Source: Nitrososphaerota archaeon (GTDB taxonomy: Archaea; Thermoproteota; Nitrososphaeria; Nitrososphaerales; Gagatemarchaeaceae). From it: a stretch of 64,000 nucleotides of DNA. Positions 17,866 to 28,161 of this stretch are shown piece by piece. Under the pieces are notes generated by a model. It was given only the letters and a program-made list of their open reading frames with translations, did not search any database and was not told where the DNA came from. Location: assembly GCA_029785825.1 (NCBI GenBank), contig JAFLYY010000001.1:649374-713373 (forward strand), written 5' to 3'. The translations under genes and the position numbers were made by a program. The first letter of the stretch is position 1. Every line of letters starts with the position of its first letter.

Positions 17866-19755
17866 TTGACTGAAGAGCTTCTCGTAGGCCTGGAGATACA
17901 CCAGCAGCTGGCCATCCCCACGAAGCTCTTCTGCGCCTGCCCTCCGGTGAAGTCCGAGGAGTTCCCGGGGAAGTTCGAGCGGAGGCTCCGTCCGGCACAG
18001 AGCGAGACGGGCCGCCTCGACCCCGCCGCCCTCTTCGAGTATTCCAAGGGGAAGTCCGACCTTTACTTCTGGAACCCCGAGTCGTCATGCCTCGTGGAGG
18101 CCGACGAGGAGCCCCCGCACCCCCTCAGCGCGGAGGGGCTGGATGCCGCCCTCCTGGTGGCCGCCACCCTGAATTCCAACTTCATAGACGAGGTGCACGT
18201 CATGCGGAAGATAGTGATTGACGGCTCGAACACCGGGGGGTTCCAGAGGACGGCGGTGGTGGGTCTGGGAGGCTCGTTCGACGTGGACGGGGAGAGGGTG
18301 GGGGTGCAGTCCGTCACCCTCGAGGAAGACGCCGCGAGGAACCTCGGAGAGGACGGCGGCTCCAGGCGCTTCGCCCTGGACAGGCTCGGCGTGGCCCTGG
18401 TCGAGATAGCGCTGGAGCCGGTCAGAGGGGACCCTGGGCGCGTCGGCGCCGTCGCGCTCCACCTGGGCCGCATGCTGAGGTCGACAGGGAAGGCGGCGAG
18501 AGGACTCGGGACCATCCGTCAGGACATGAACGTCTCCCTGGGAGGAGGGAGGGTCGTGGAGGTGAAGGGGGTCCAGAAGCTCAACCTGATCCCGAAGGTG
18601 GTGGGGTACGAGCGGAGGAGGCAGTCGATGCTGAGAGCGGTCGCGGCGGAGCTGAGGGCGAAGGGGGTGCGGAGGGTGCAGTGCAGGTCGATGGACGTGA
18701 CGGCGGCGATGGCGAGGACGGCGTCTCCGGTCATCAGGGAGCTGGTCGCCCAGGGAGGGGTCGTGCATTGCATCTCAGCCCGAGGGCTCGCGGGGCTCCT
18801 GGGGTGGGAGCCGGAGCCGGGGGTGAGGCTCGGGAAAGAGCTCGCCGAAGTGGCCAGGGCGGGTTCGCTGGGAGGTGTCATACACTCCGACGAGTTCGAG
18901 AAGCAGGGGGTGACGGGCCCTGAGGCAGACGAGCTCAGGAACGTCATGGGGTGCGGCGCCGAGGACGGCCTCGTGCTCGTCGCCGGCCGTTCCGACAGCG
19001 TGGAGAGGGTCGTCCCCGTCCTGGTTTCCAGGCTGAAGGCGGCGACAGAGGGGGTCCCGGAAGAGACGAGGGCGCCGACCGACGCCGGCGAGACGAGGTA
19101 CATGCGCCCGCGCCCAGGCTCACAGAGGATGTACCCTGAGACGGACATCCCGGACATCCCCATCCCGGGGCGCCTGAGGGCGCAGATGGCGAAGGCGGTC
19201 CCGGAAGATTGGAGATCGACGGTGAAGGCGCTCCAGAGCAGATACTCCCTGAGCTCGGACATGGCCCTGAAGGTCTACGACTCGGGCCTCGTGGCCGAGT
19301 TCGTGCGGGCGTGCGGAAAGCTCCGGCTCGAGCCATCGTTCGTAGCTTCGACCCTGGTCGACCTCCCGGCGAGACTGACGAGGGAAGGGGTCCCCGAATC
19401 GTCGTTCTCGCTTCCTGCGCTCATGGCTGCCCTCGAGGCGGTCGACGGCGGAAAGGCCGCGAAGGAGGCGGTCCCGGAGATCCTGCAGGGCGCCGGGGAA
19501 AAAGGGGTGTCAGTGGGTGAGCTGCTGGCGTCAACGGGGCGCGAAGTGCTCGACGAGGCCCGCGTGACGGGGGTGGTCGAGGCGGTCGTGTCACGGGAAT
19601 CTGCGCTGATAGCGGAACGCGGGGATGCCGCGTTCTCCCCGCTCATGGGGGAGGTGATGAAAGAGCTCCGAGGGAAGGCTGACGGCTCGCTGGTCGCCAA
19701 GGTCCTGCGTCAGAAGGTTTCAGAGGCGGCCAAGAAGGCGGACAGGTCCCGATAG
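17866..19755 (+). CDS. gatE: Glutamyl-tRNA(Gln) amidotransferase subunit E
   Basis: GLEIHQQL, DEEPPH, MRKIVIDGSNTGGFQRT, RGLGTIRQD, RMYPETDIP. Confidence 0.96.
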   Translation: MTEELLVGLEIHQQLAIPTKLFCACPPVKSEEFPGKFERRLRPAQSETGRLDPAALFEYSKGKSDLYFWNPESSCLVEADEEPPHPLSAEGLDAALLVAATLNSNFIDEVHVMRKIVIDGSNTGGFQRTAVVGLGGSFDVDGERVGVQSVTLEEDAARNLGEDGGSRRFALDRLGVALVEIALEPVRGDPGRVGAVALHLGRMLRSTGKAARGLGTIRQDMNVSLGGGRVVEVKGVQKLNLIPKVVGYERRRQSMLRAVAAELRAKGVRRVQCRSMDVTAAMARTASPVIRELVAQGGVVHCISARGLAGLLGWEPEPGVRLGKELAEVARAGSLGGVIHSDEFEKQGVTGPEADELRNVMGCGAEDGLVLVAGRSDSVERVVPVLVSRLKAATEGVPEETRAPTDAGETRYMRPRPGSQRMYPETDIPDIPIPGRLRAQMAKAVPEDWRSTVKALQSRYSLSSDMALKVYDSGLVAEFVRACGKLRLEPSFVASTLVDLPARLTREGVPESSFSLPALMAALEAVDGGKAAKEAVPEILQGAGEKGVSVGELLASTGREVLDEARVTGVVEAVVSRESALIAERGDAAFSPLMGEVMKELRGKADGSLVAKVLRQKVSEAAKKADRSR

Positions 19756-19865
19756 GACGCCGCGTCCCCCTTCTGCTAGGGGCCCCGGCCCGGTCTGCCT
19801 CCCCTCGCCAGACGAGTGCGTCAGTTCCCGCCCGAAACGTGCTTCCCCGACCTCGCAGCCTGAAC

Positions 19866-20183
19866 CTACGCCGCTGGCTTCCGCCCTTTCTCTTCGAGCG
19901 CCCTTATCCTGGAGTCAACGAACTCGGCCTGCCCGGACAGGACCTTCCTGTACGCCTTCAGCAGCCTGGCCTGGTCTCCGGCGGTCGCGCCGTCGATGGT
20001 CTTCATGGACTTCATGAACGCCTTGTTGGCGGCGTCAACGGAGGCCCCGAGGGACTTCTGCACTACCGGCGCCGCCCTGTGGAGGGCCCTTTCCGTGGAC
20101 TCCTGGGCCTTCTCTATGATCTCCCTCACCGACTTCAAGGTCTGCTTCGTCCTCGGTGACCCTCGGTCCTCGCTCACCGACAC
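19866..20183 (-). CDS. Hypothetical alpha-helical protein
   Basis: Host-like codon usage, amphipathic helices; GTG start inferred from upstream SD/TATA. Confidence 0.65.
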   Translation of the reverse strand: MSVSEDRGSPRTKQTLKSVREIIEKAQESTERALHRAAPVVQKSLGASVDAANKAFMKSMKTIDGATAGDQARLLKAYRKVLSGQAEFVDSRIRALEEKGRKPAA

Positions 20184-20362
20184 ACCTTCCCTGCTGTACC
20201 GCGACTCATGCACGCATCTGTTTTCCAGCGATATATGATTCAACGCGTTAGAAACGTCTCGGCGCCCTCCGACGGCTCAGGGCGAGGCGCAGGCGGACGG
20301 CCCGTTGATAGCAGTCTTTATAGAAGCGCAGGAGCGCCTCTTACAACCTGGGGGCGTCCTGA

Positions 20363-20776
20363 ATGTTAGCCATCCATACGCATCTGCTGTTCGGGACCAC
20401 GGTCGGGTTCTTCGCCGTCATCGCCGTGGCGTCTGCGCTGGACCGCTTCGGCACCGCCATGTTCCGGAGGGGGGTCGCGATGCCGTTCTTCCTGGGGCGG
20501 CACCGCCTGCACCACAGGAGGGTCCTGTTCGTGGGGCTCCCTCTGGCTTATGTCGCTGTCGCTTCTCTGGTGCTCCTCGGCTTCGTGCAGATCGTATGGA
20601 GCCTGCTCTGGACCGGGCTCGCCGGAACGGTCCTCGTGTCCGTCGACTGCCTCATGGTCGACCTGACCATAGACTACGCCTGGAAGGGGAGGGGGTGGCG
20701 GTTCCTCAGGCACGAGTTCCTCTACTTCGCCGTCCCGGCGTACGCCTTCGCCGCGTTCCTCCGCTTCGCCATCTGA
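20363..20776 (+). CDS. Hypothetical membrane protein
   Basis: 3-4 hydrophobic segments, HRLHH motif; TATA tttata upstream. Confidence 0.7.
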   Translation: MLAIHTHLLFGTTVGFFAVIAVASALDRFGTAMFRRGVAMPFFLGRHRLHHRRVLFVGLPLAYVAVASLVLLGFVQIVWSLLWTGLAGTVLVSVDCLMVDLTIDYAWKGRGWRFLRHEFLYFAVPAYAFAAFLRFAI

Positions 20777-20816
20777 CTGTGAAAGGTGCTCCCCTGGAAT
20801 CGTAGAGGGGGCAGCC

Positions 20817-21336
20817 TTACACCCTCGGCAAGGACAGGTCCTGAGCGGTGGGACCGAGAACCAGCCCGTAGAAACTCACGTCCCACCACCTCCCGAACTT
20901 GAACCCCGCCTCCTTGAAGTCCCCCGCGTGCTCGAACCCCAGCCCTGTGTGGAGCCGGACGCTCGCCGGGTTGGGGGGCACGATACCGGCGATCACTGCG
21001 TGATAGCCAAGGCGACCGGCCCTGGCCAGGACCTCCCGCATCGCTGCCGTCCCCGCCCTGGCCCCCCTGCGCTCCCTGCGGACGTAGAAGGAGCTCTCGG
21101 CGGTGAGGGAGTAGGCAGGCCTGTCCCTGAAGGGGGAGAGAGGCGTATCCTGCCACCGAGCCTCTCGCTTCGACCACCACGATGGGGTGCCTCGCGGTGT
21201 GTCCCTCGAACCAGGCAGTCCGCTGTTCGAGGGTCTGAGGATGGATGCCGAAGGTCGCATGAGGGTTGACGACCGCCTCGTCGTAGATCTCCAGCAGCGC
21301 AGGGATGTCAACAGCTCTGGCATCCCTCACCTTCAC
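20817..21336 (-). pseudogene. GNAT N-acetyltransferase (Pat/YncA-like), frameshifted near 21135-21142
   Basis: N-half ...VAGYASL and C-half SPFRDRPAY..ESSFYV..PNPASVRLH..GFKFGRWWDV lie in different frames; one CT unit missing from a CT repeat. Confidence 0.8.
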
Positions 21337-21594
21337 CGCGGCTTCCGCGCTCGTTCTACCTGTAAAGCATCGGCACAGAGCTCAGTACGGCCGGACGTTG
21401 GCTCCCATAGGTCGAAGTAGAGGGAGCTCTCCGGATTCCCCAGGAGGCACGGGAGAGCCAGGGAAGCCCCCCGGGGGGAAGGTCCGGCGACGACGAGCAC
21501 AGAGAAGGCAAAGGCATGGACGGGGAGGTGCAGAAGCCCGGAGCGGCGCTCGCTGGCCATCGGCTCAGGCTGAAGAAGGGGTGCGCCGCCGGAA

Positions 21595-23049
21595 TCATCG
21601 CCTTCGGCCCCCGAAGAACCGGGAGAGCTCCATCGACTTCAGGGTGACCGCCCCGAATCCAAGCAGGGACAGGGAGAGGAAGTACTGCCCCACGAGGGAC
21701 ATCGGGACGGCGAGGAGGAGCGAGGCGACGGAGAGGGCCCCCTCCGCGAAGAGAACCCCGCTCCCCTCACCGGGCTGGGAGTCGGCCCTGGCCGCCTCCT
21801 TCCCTCCGGTCTTGGGGGTCCGGAAGAACGTCCCCTTGTCGCTGACCAGCCCCTTCAGGAACGCGATGGCCGAGATGGTGAACATCCCCGAAACGGTGTA
21901 AGAGAGGACCGGGAGGAGCCACAGGTTCCGGGGGGTGAGCATCTTCCGGATCCTCAGCGCGTTGGCCCCTGCGGCGTAGAAGACCACCGCGGGGACGGTC
22001 ACAGCCACGACGTAGGCTGGGTTCGAGAAGAGGGAGCTCTGCGGGGAGACGAGCCTGAGGAAGACGGCCGAGGCCGTGAGGAGCGAGACCACTATCCAGC
22101 TGAGGCTTGCGAATGGGGAGAGGAGGGTGAGCAGGAGCCCCAGCTTCCTGAGCGGGTCCAGCTTCTTCGAGAAGAGGACCGTCCCCAGGTCGAGGCGCAG
22201 GCACTGGGACCACCCCTGGGCCACCCTGGCCGCCTGCCTCTTCCAGACCCTGAGGGACGAAGGGTCCTCGCTCAGGAGCTGGTCCCCGCTGAGGTACCCT
22301 CCTTTCAGCCCCGAGGCGAAGAGCCTGCAGGAGAGCTCCGCGTCTTCTGTGAGCATCCCCTCCTTCCAGAGCCCCACCTGACGGAGGGCGTCGGTCCTCG
22401 CGAGGACGAAACCTCCCTGCAGAGAATAGGGGAGCCCGAGCGGGGTGGACCCCATCTTCTGCAGCCCGTCGACCGTGTCCTGGAAGAGGGCGTAGGACCT
22501 CGTCACCAGGTTCGTCTCCCTGTTGTAGTGCCCCACCCTGAAGGACACGAAAGACAGGTCCCCCTTCGCCAGGGTCCTGACCCCGTCGGCGACGCTGCCC
22601 GAGGAGACCCTAGAGTCTGCGTCGAGGAGGAGCGTGTACTCCCCGGACACGCTCGCCATCGCGGCGTTCATCGCGCCTGCCTTGAACCCCTCCCTCCCCT
22701 TCCTCCTCGAGACCACGAAGCCGACCCCCTTGGCGCGCATCTCTGCTGCCGCCCCGTCGACCACCCCCGAAGTCTCGTCGTCAGAGTCGTCGGCGACCAC
22801 TATCTGCAGCCTGTCCCGGGGGTAGTCGAGGGCGTCGAGGGCGGCCAGCGTCTCCCCCACGACGTCCCGCTCGTCGTAGACGGCGAGGAGGACGCTGAGC
22901 CGGGGGAGAGGAGTCAGGGGCACGGCCGTCGGCGGCGCCTTGTACGCGGCGCTCCCGGCGAAGAGGACGACGGTGTAAGCCGAGTAAGCGAACACAGGGA
23001 CGCTGAACACGAGCACCGCGACCTCGACGACGAGGTCGAGCAAAGGCAA
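21595..23049 (-). CDS. Membrane GT2 glycosyltransferase (cellulose-synthase-like)
   Basis: VADDSDD, GFKAGAMN, LLDAD, LTEDAE, KRQAARVAQG (QxxRW variant), several TM helices; start uncertain. Confidence 0.88.
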   Translation of the reverse strand: MPLLDLVVEVAVLVFSVPVFAYSAYTVVLFAGSAAYKAPPTAVPLTPLPRLSVLLAVYDERDVVGETLAALDALDYPRDRLQIVVADDSDDETSGVVDGAAAEMRAKGVGFVVSRRKGREGFKAGAMNAAMASVSGEYTLLLDADSRVSSGSVADGVRTLAKGDLSFVSFRVGHYNRETNLVTRSYALFQDTVDGLQKMGSTPLGLPYSLQGGFVLARTDALRQVGLWKEGMLTEDAELSCRLFASGLKGGYLSGDQLLSEDPSSLRVWKRQAARVAQGWSQCLRLDLGTVLFSKKLDPLRKLGLLLTLLSPFASLSWIVVSLLTASAVFLRLVSPQSSLFSNPAYVVAVTVPAVVFYAAGANALRIRKMLTPRNLWLLPVLSYTVSGMFTISAIAFLKGLVSDKGTFFRTPKTGGKEAARADSQPGEGSGVLFAEGALSVASLLLAVPMSLVGQYFLSLSLLGFGAVTLKSMELSRFFGGRRR

Positions 23050-23152
23050 GTCGCGCCCGGCTGAGCCCGAGGCTATTTCTGGCTTGGCGGCCCTCCCGGC
23101 GTGGCAAGAGCCCTTCAACGCTTAAAGAGCCAAGGCCAGAGTCGGGGAAATC

Positions 23153-23677
23153 ATGGATGAGAGCGCCAGGCGGATGTACCTCGTCGTCGCACTGGTGTCT
23201 CTGGCGATCATGGCGATCGTTGCCGTCTACGGCATAGTCGAGTCCCTGTACTTCACCGGGCAGCCGGTGGGGGAGACCTGGGTCAACGTCTACTTCCCGT
23301 TCACCCCCTACTTCGCCCAGCCCGTCACCTACTTCGCCGTCGCCTGCGTGGCCCTCTTCTACAGCGGGCTCAGGATAGGCGAAGAGAGGATCTCCAAGTG
23401 GCCCCACTGGCTGCTGATGACGATACAGCTCTTCGGGTTCATCGTGGCGTTCTCCGCGGCCTACGAGGTGATGTACAACTTCATGCTCTGGGGGTCGGCG
23501 TACACCTCCGCGTGTTCCACCAACCTCGCCAACCACATCCCCTGCAACCCCAACAACCTCTTCTCCACCTATCCGACTCCGTGGAACCTGGTCTTCGCCA
23601 CCAGGTCGTTCTTCGCGCTCTTCGTGATAAGCGGGTACACGGTGTACTATCTGCGGAAGTTCTCCGACACCATCTAG
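23153..23677 (+). CDS. Hypothetical membrane protein
   Basis: 4 TM segments, strong host codon bias. Confidence 0.75.
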   Translation: MDESARRMYLVVALVSLAIMAIVAVYGIVESLYFTGQPVGETWVNVYFPFTPYFAQPVTYFAVACVALFYSGLRIGEERISKWPHWLLMTIQLFGFIVAFSAAYEVMYNFMLWGSAYTSACSTNLANHIPCNPNNLFSTYPTPWNLVFATRSFFALFVISGYTVYYLRKFSDTI

Positions 23678-24036
23678 CCGACGGTAGGGCGCGCCACGCC
23701 GGCGTAGAACAGGAAGACGTGCGCCACCGCGAAGACCGCGAACCCGGCCACCGGGACGGCGGCCACGGACGAGAAGGCCCCCCCGAGGAGGGGATACCAA
23801 GCGTAGACTTCGTACGCAGAGAAGACGAGCCCCATGGCAGCGGTCGAGACGGCCCAGGCGAACGTCAGCCTGGCGTCAGGCCGGAGCTTCAGCAGGGCGC
23901 CGCCGGCGAAGCAAGCGACCACCGGCCAGGCGGCGAGTACCGAGGCGCCGATGACGGCGACCACCAGCCACACCACGCCCATGGCGATGAAGAAGTAAGG
24001 CGCGTACCCCCTGATCAGGGCGCCGAGGTCGGGCAT
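23674..24036 (-). CDS. Hypothetical membrane protein
   Basis: About 4 TM segments, divergent from polB across a TATA-like tataaa. Confidence 0.7.
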   Translation of the reverse strand: MPDLGALIRGYAPYFFIAMGVVWLVVAVIGASVLAAWPVVACFAGGALLKLRPDARLTFAWAVSTAAMGLVFSAYEVYAWYPLLGGAFSSVAAVPVAGFAVFAVAHVFLFYAGVARPTVG

Positions 24037-24077
24037 CTGAAAAGGCGGGCGTAAGTCTCGATATAAACCATGGCTTC

Positions 24078-27000
24078 ATGTCGGGCGAGGTAGCCTTATC
24101 TGCCGAAAAGCCCGCGGTCGGACAGTTCTCCATGACCGCCCAGTCCCTGGCCACCTCCGCAAGCCTGGCAGCCAAGCTAGCGGGGCTGATGAGGCCGGCC
24201 GGCGAGATCGGGGAGTCTCTGCTCGCCTCCGCCACCTATGACGGCGACACCAGGAAGGCAGTCCTCAAGTTCTATGACCCGAAGGCGGGGAGGTTCTGGC
24301 TCTGGGAGGACAATACGGGACACAGGCCGTACTGCTTCACAAGGCTCCCGATGGAGGAGCTCGGGGCGATCAGGGCACGGAAGGACGTGGTGGCGATAAC
24401 CGAGGAGGACAGGCTCGACCTGGTCAACGACACCACGGCCAGGCTGAGGAAGATTGTCACCACCGACCCCCTGGCGATAGGAGGGGGGAACGACAGCATA
24501 CGGGACCAGATCAGGGCCTGGGAGGCGGACATCAAGTACTACGAAAACTACGCCTACGACCTGGGCCTCAGGATGGGGACCTACTACAGGGCCTCCCAGG
24601 GGAAGGTGGTCGCCGTGAGGCACGAGGTCACCGAGAGGGTCGCCCGGTCGCTCGAAGAGATCCTGAAGAAGAACCCTCCTGAGTTCACCCCCTACCTGAA
24701 GGAGTGGGCGGAGCTCCTCGGGGAGCCGCTTGTCGAGTTCAAGAGGGTGGCCCTCGACATAGAAGTGGACAACGAGCCCGGGAGGCTCCCGGACGTCGAG
24801 AACCCGAACAGGGAGGTCATCGCCGTTTCGTTCTACAGCGAGAGCGAGAAGCAGGTCTACCTGTTGAAGGGAGAGAGGAGCGCGGAGGGGCTGGACGGGG
24901 GACCCTTCGGGTTCCAGCTCTTCGAAAGGGAAGAGGACCTGCTCAGAGCGGTGCTCTCGAAGATCATGGACTACCCCGTCGTGGTCACGTTCAACGGCGA
25001 CGACTTCGACCTCAGGTATCTGCGGCACAGGGCGGAGAAGCTCGGCGTCGGTGAGGACGAGGACCCCATCCAGCTCGAGCGGGTCGCCGCCTCGCTCAAG
25101 CACGGGATTCACGTGGACCTCTATCAGTTCTTCCGCAACAGGTCGATCCAGGTCTACGCTTTCGGCAACAGGTACACCGACCACACCCTCGGGGGGATCT
25201 CGGAGTCGTTAATCGGGAAGTCGAAGCTGGAGTTCGAGGGAGAGGTGGGCGCGCTCCCCCTGCTCAAGCTGGGGGAGTACTGCCTGAACGACTCGCAGCT
25301 CACGTTCGAGCTGACGTCCACGAGCGACTCCCTGGTGATGAAGCTCCTCCTCATGATCTCCAGGATCGGGAAGATGCCGATGAACGACGTCTCGAGGCTG
25401 GGCATCTCGAACTGGATACGGAGCATGCTCTTCTTCGAGCACCGAAGGATAGGCGCGCTGATCCCGAGGCAGGACGAGCTGTCCGAGAAGGGGGGAGCGT
25501 CCTCAAAGTCGGTCATAAAGGGGAAGAAGTACAAGGGGGGGCTGGTCATCGACCCGAAGCCCGGGGTCTACTTCGACGTGTCCGTCCTCGACTTCGCCAG
25601 CCTCTACCCCTCGTTGATGAAGGTGCACAACCTCTCCTACGAGACGGTCAACTGCCCCCACCCCGAGTGCAGGGCCAACAAGATACCGGACACTGATTCT
25701 TGGGAGTGCATCAGGAAGAAGGGGATCACCAGCCTCGTCATAGGGTCTCTCCGGGACCTGAGGGTCGGGCACTACAAGCAGCTCGCGAAGGACTCGACCC
25801 TTTCTAAGCAGGACAGGGAGCTCTACGGGGTGGTCTCGCAGAGCCTCAAGGTGTACCTTAACGGAGCCTACGGGAGCTTCGGGTTCGAGTCATTCGCGTT
25901 CTACTGCCTCCCGGTCGCGGAAGCGACCGCCGCCCTCGGCCGCGACGCCATCACCCGGACCATATCGAAGTGCAAGGAGCTGGGGGTCGACGTCCTTTAC
26001 TCGGACACCGACTCGCTCTTCCTGCACAGCCCTTCGAAAGAGCAGGTGCTGACGATATCCCACTGGGCCGACAAGGACCTCGGGGTCGAGCTGGACCTGG
26101 ACAAGGTCTACAGGTATGTGGCCTTCAGCAGTAGGAAGAAGAACTACTTCGGCGTCCTTCCCGACGGGACGGTGGACATAAAGGGACTGACGGGGAAAAA
26201 ATCCGTCGATGGGGCGACGCCGATGCTGGCCAGGTTCGATGAGCGTGTGCAGCTTGTCACCGTCAGAGACGTCTTCAAGGCATTCAGGGGAGGCAGTGCT
26301 GTCGAAGTCCTGACCGTCGCAGACGGGCTCAACACTGCATGGGCAGGAATCTCCGACGCGACGCGGCACGACGTAGCCGACGTCTACAGGATGGAGACGA
26401 GCAAAGGAAGGGACCTGGTGCTTTCGGGAGACCATAGCGTGTACATAATGGACGCTTTCGGCCACCTCCATTGCAGGGCTACCAGGTCCCTCAAGAGGGG
26501 GGATGTCGTCGTCGGGGTTCAATATGTGCCTCCCCGGAACCCTTCAACGACGCTTCCCGTCCTGCGCTATCTTGTTACGCCCGTCAGAGTGAAGGAAGGG
26601 AGGGCATATTCCGGGAAAGCGCACGCTACATCGTCCACCCCAATCCCCATCGTGCTTCCCATGTGCGAGGAGCTAGCCACATTGCTCGGAATCTATGTGG
26701 CCGAAGGAAACACGAGCAGCGCCCCCGGGTCACGAAACAACTCCATCACCCAGAGCCGGCGCGCCAATCCGGAAGTCTGTTCTGCCATTGAAGCCTCTTG
26801 GAGGGCGCTTTTCCAGGTGCCCGCCAAGGTCTACCGGAGGGATGGAGGCGCCAACTCCTACTACCTGCCGAAGCTGCACGCGGAGCTCCTTGACCGGCTC
26901 TGCGGCGGCTCGAGCTCAACGAAGCACGTCCCGAGCGTTGTCCATGACGCCGACGGGGAATTTGTAGCCGCCTTTCTAAGGGGAGTCTTCTCCGGAGACG

Positions 27001-28055
27001 GCTATGGAGATGGGAAGAGGGTCAATATTGCATCTAAGAGCAGGACTCTTCTCGTTGGGCTGGGCTACCTCCTGGCCAGGTTTGACATTGATACCCGAAT
27101 CAGGGTCATGCGTGTGAAGGGATCGGCTTACCACCAACTCAGTATACTCGGGCCTTCCAGCAGGGGAAGATTCTATGCTCATATCGGTTTCATGCAACCT
27201 CGCTTCAACCGCGGAGTGAAGTTCGGGCCCAGAAACAAAGAGCTGCTTCCTCTGAAGACGGACGGCTTGCTCTCCTTGAAAGGCGAGATCATGCGGCGAA
27301 AGGGACTCGCCAAGATGAGGGGGATCAGTATGCACGACTCTAGGTATTACAACCTGTCCATCCTAGACCGCTACAATTCGGTTCTGCGATCGTTGATGCA
27401 GGTAGCGGACACAGGTGAGAAGGCTCGGCTCGCCAAAATAGCGACGATGCTGAACGTGAAGGACGTCAGTTTCGACGAGATCGTCTCTGTCAAGAAGATT
27501 CCCGGTCGCAAGGCGATGTTCGACTTCTCGATCCCCACGTTCGAGCGGTTCGTAGCTGGCAACCTCCCTACGCTGTTGCACAACAGCCAGACCCCGGAGT
27601 ACCTGAAGCGCGTCTTCTACAAAACCCTGGACATCCTGAGCGGGGTCAAGACCCCCGAGGACTTCGAGCGGGCCCGGACGGACACGAAGGGGCTCCTCAC
27701 GACGATGCTGAACGAGCTCAAGGGGAAGAAGGTCCCCGTCATCGACCTCGCGTTCACTGTCATGATGGGGAAGCCCGCCGACAAGTACAGCGGGACCACC
27801 CCGCAGCACGTCAGGGCCGCGCTGCAGCTCCAGGAGAGGGGGAAGGAGGTCAAGGCGGGGGAGATGATCGCATACGTCAAGACGAAGACCCCCCCTTACG
27901 TCAAGCCCGCCGAGCTCGCTCGGTCCGACGAGATAGACCCCGACAAGTACATCGAGTACGCGCACTCCATGTTCGACCAGCTCCTCGACGCCCTGGACTT
28001 CTCCTTCGACGAGATCATGGGCGCCACGACGCTGGACCTGTTCTGGGGGAGTTAG
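24078..28055 (+). CDS. polB1: Family B DNA polymerase (PolB1 type) containing one intein
   Basis: Exo ALDIEV, TFNGDDFD; pol motifs DFASLYPS, KVYLNGAYG, YSDTDS, KKNYFG. Confidence 0.96.
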   Translation: MSGEVALSAEKPAVGQFSMTAQSLATSASLAAKLAGLMRPAGEIGESLLASATYDGDTRKAVLKFYDPKAGRFWLWEDNTGHRPYCFTRLPMEELGAIRARKDVVAITEEDRLDLVNDTTARLRKIVTTDPLAIGGGNDSIRDQIRAWEADIKYYENYAYDLGLRMGTYYRASQGKVVAVRHEVTERVARSLEEILKKNPPEFTPYLKEWAELLGEPLVEFKRVALDIEVDNEPGRLPDVENPNREVIAVSFYSESEKQVYLLKGERSAEGLDGGPFGFQLFEREEDLLRAVLSKIMDYPVVVTFNGDDFDLRYLRHRAEKLGVGEDEDPIQLERVAASLKHGIHVDLYQFFRNRSIQVYAFGNRYTDHTLGGISESLIGKSKLEFEGEVGALPLLKLGEYCLNDSQLTFELTSTSDSLVMKLLLMISRIGKMPMNDVSRLGISNWIRSMLFFEHRRIGALIPRQDELSEKGGASSKSVIKGKKYKGGLVIDPKPGVYFDVSVLDFASLYPSLMKVHNLSYETVNCPHPECRANKIPDTDSWECIRKKGITSLVIGSLRDLRVGHYKQLAKDSTLSKQDRELYGVVSQSLKVYLNGAYGSFGFESFAFYCLPVAEATAALGRDAITRTISKCKELGVDVLYSDTDSLFLHSPSKEQVLTISHWADKDLGVELDLDKVYRYVAFSSRKKNYFGVLPDGTVDIKGLTGKKSVDGATPMLARFDERVQLVTVRDVFKAFRGGSAVEVLTVADGLNTAWAGISDATRHDVADVYRMETSKGRDLVLSGDHSVYIMDAFGHLHCRATRSLKRGDVVVGVQYVPPRNPSTTLPVLRYLVTPVRVKEGRAYSGKAHATSSTPIPIVLPMCEELATLLGIYVAEGNTSSAPGSRNNSITQSRRANPEVCSAIEASWRALFQVPAKVYRRDGGANSYYLPKLHAELLDRLCGGSSSTKHVPSVVHDADGEFVAAFLRGVFSGDGYGDGKRVNIASKSRTLLVGLGYLLARFDIDTRIRVMRVKGSAYHQLSILGPSSRGRFYAHIGFMQPRFNRGVKFGPRNKELLPLKTDGLLSLKGEIMRRKGLAKMRGISMHDSRYYNLSILDRYNSVLRSLMQVADTGEKARLAKIATMLNVKDVSFDEIVSVKKIPGRKAMFDFSIPTFERFVAGNLPTLLHNSQTPEYLKRVFYKTLDILSGVKTPEDFERARTDTKGLLTTMLNELKGKKVPVIDLAFTVMMGKPADKYSGTTPQHVRAALQLQERGKEVKAGEMIAYVKTKTPPYVKPAELARSDEIDPDKYIEYAHSMFDQLLDALDFSFDEIMGATTLDLFWGS
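26202..27584 (+). mobile_element. Intein (461 aa) with LAGLIDADG homing endonuclease in PolB1
   Basis: Starts SVDGATPM, block B SGDH, LLGIYVAEG and FLRGVFSGDG motifs, ends LLHN followed by S; exteins join as KGLTGKK/SQTP; lower GC. Confidence 0.93.
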
Positions 28056-28161
28056 CGCCGCGGGGGACGACGGAAGGGAGCCTCGGTCGCGAGCACGCCG
28101 TCCGGTGGCCGCCTTGGCGGGCTCGCACGTTTGAATAGCACCGGCGAAAGGGGCCGGAGAG

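Noticed and set aside
21340..21594. Short ORFs between the GNAT and GT2 genes
   Set aside because: No recognisable motif or consistent codon bias in any frame.
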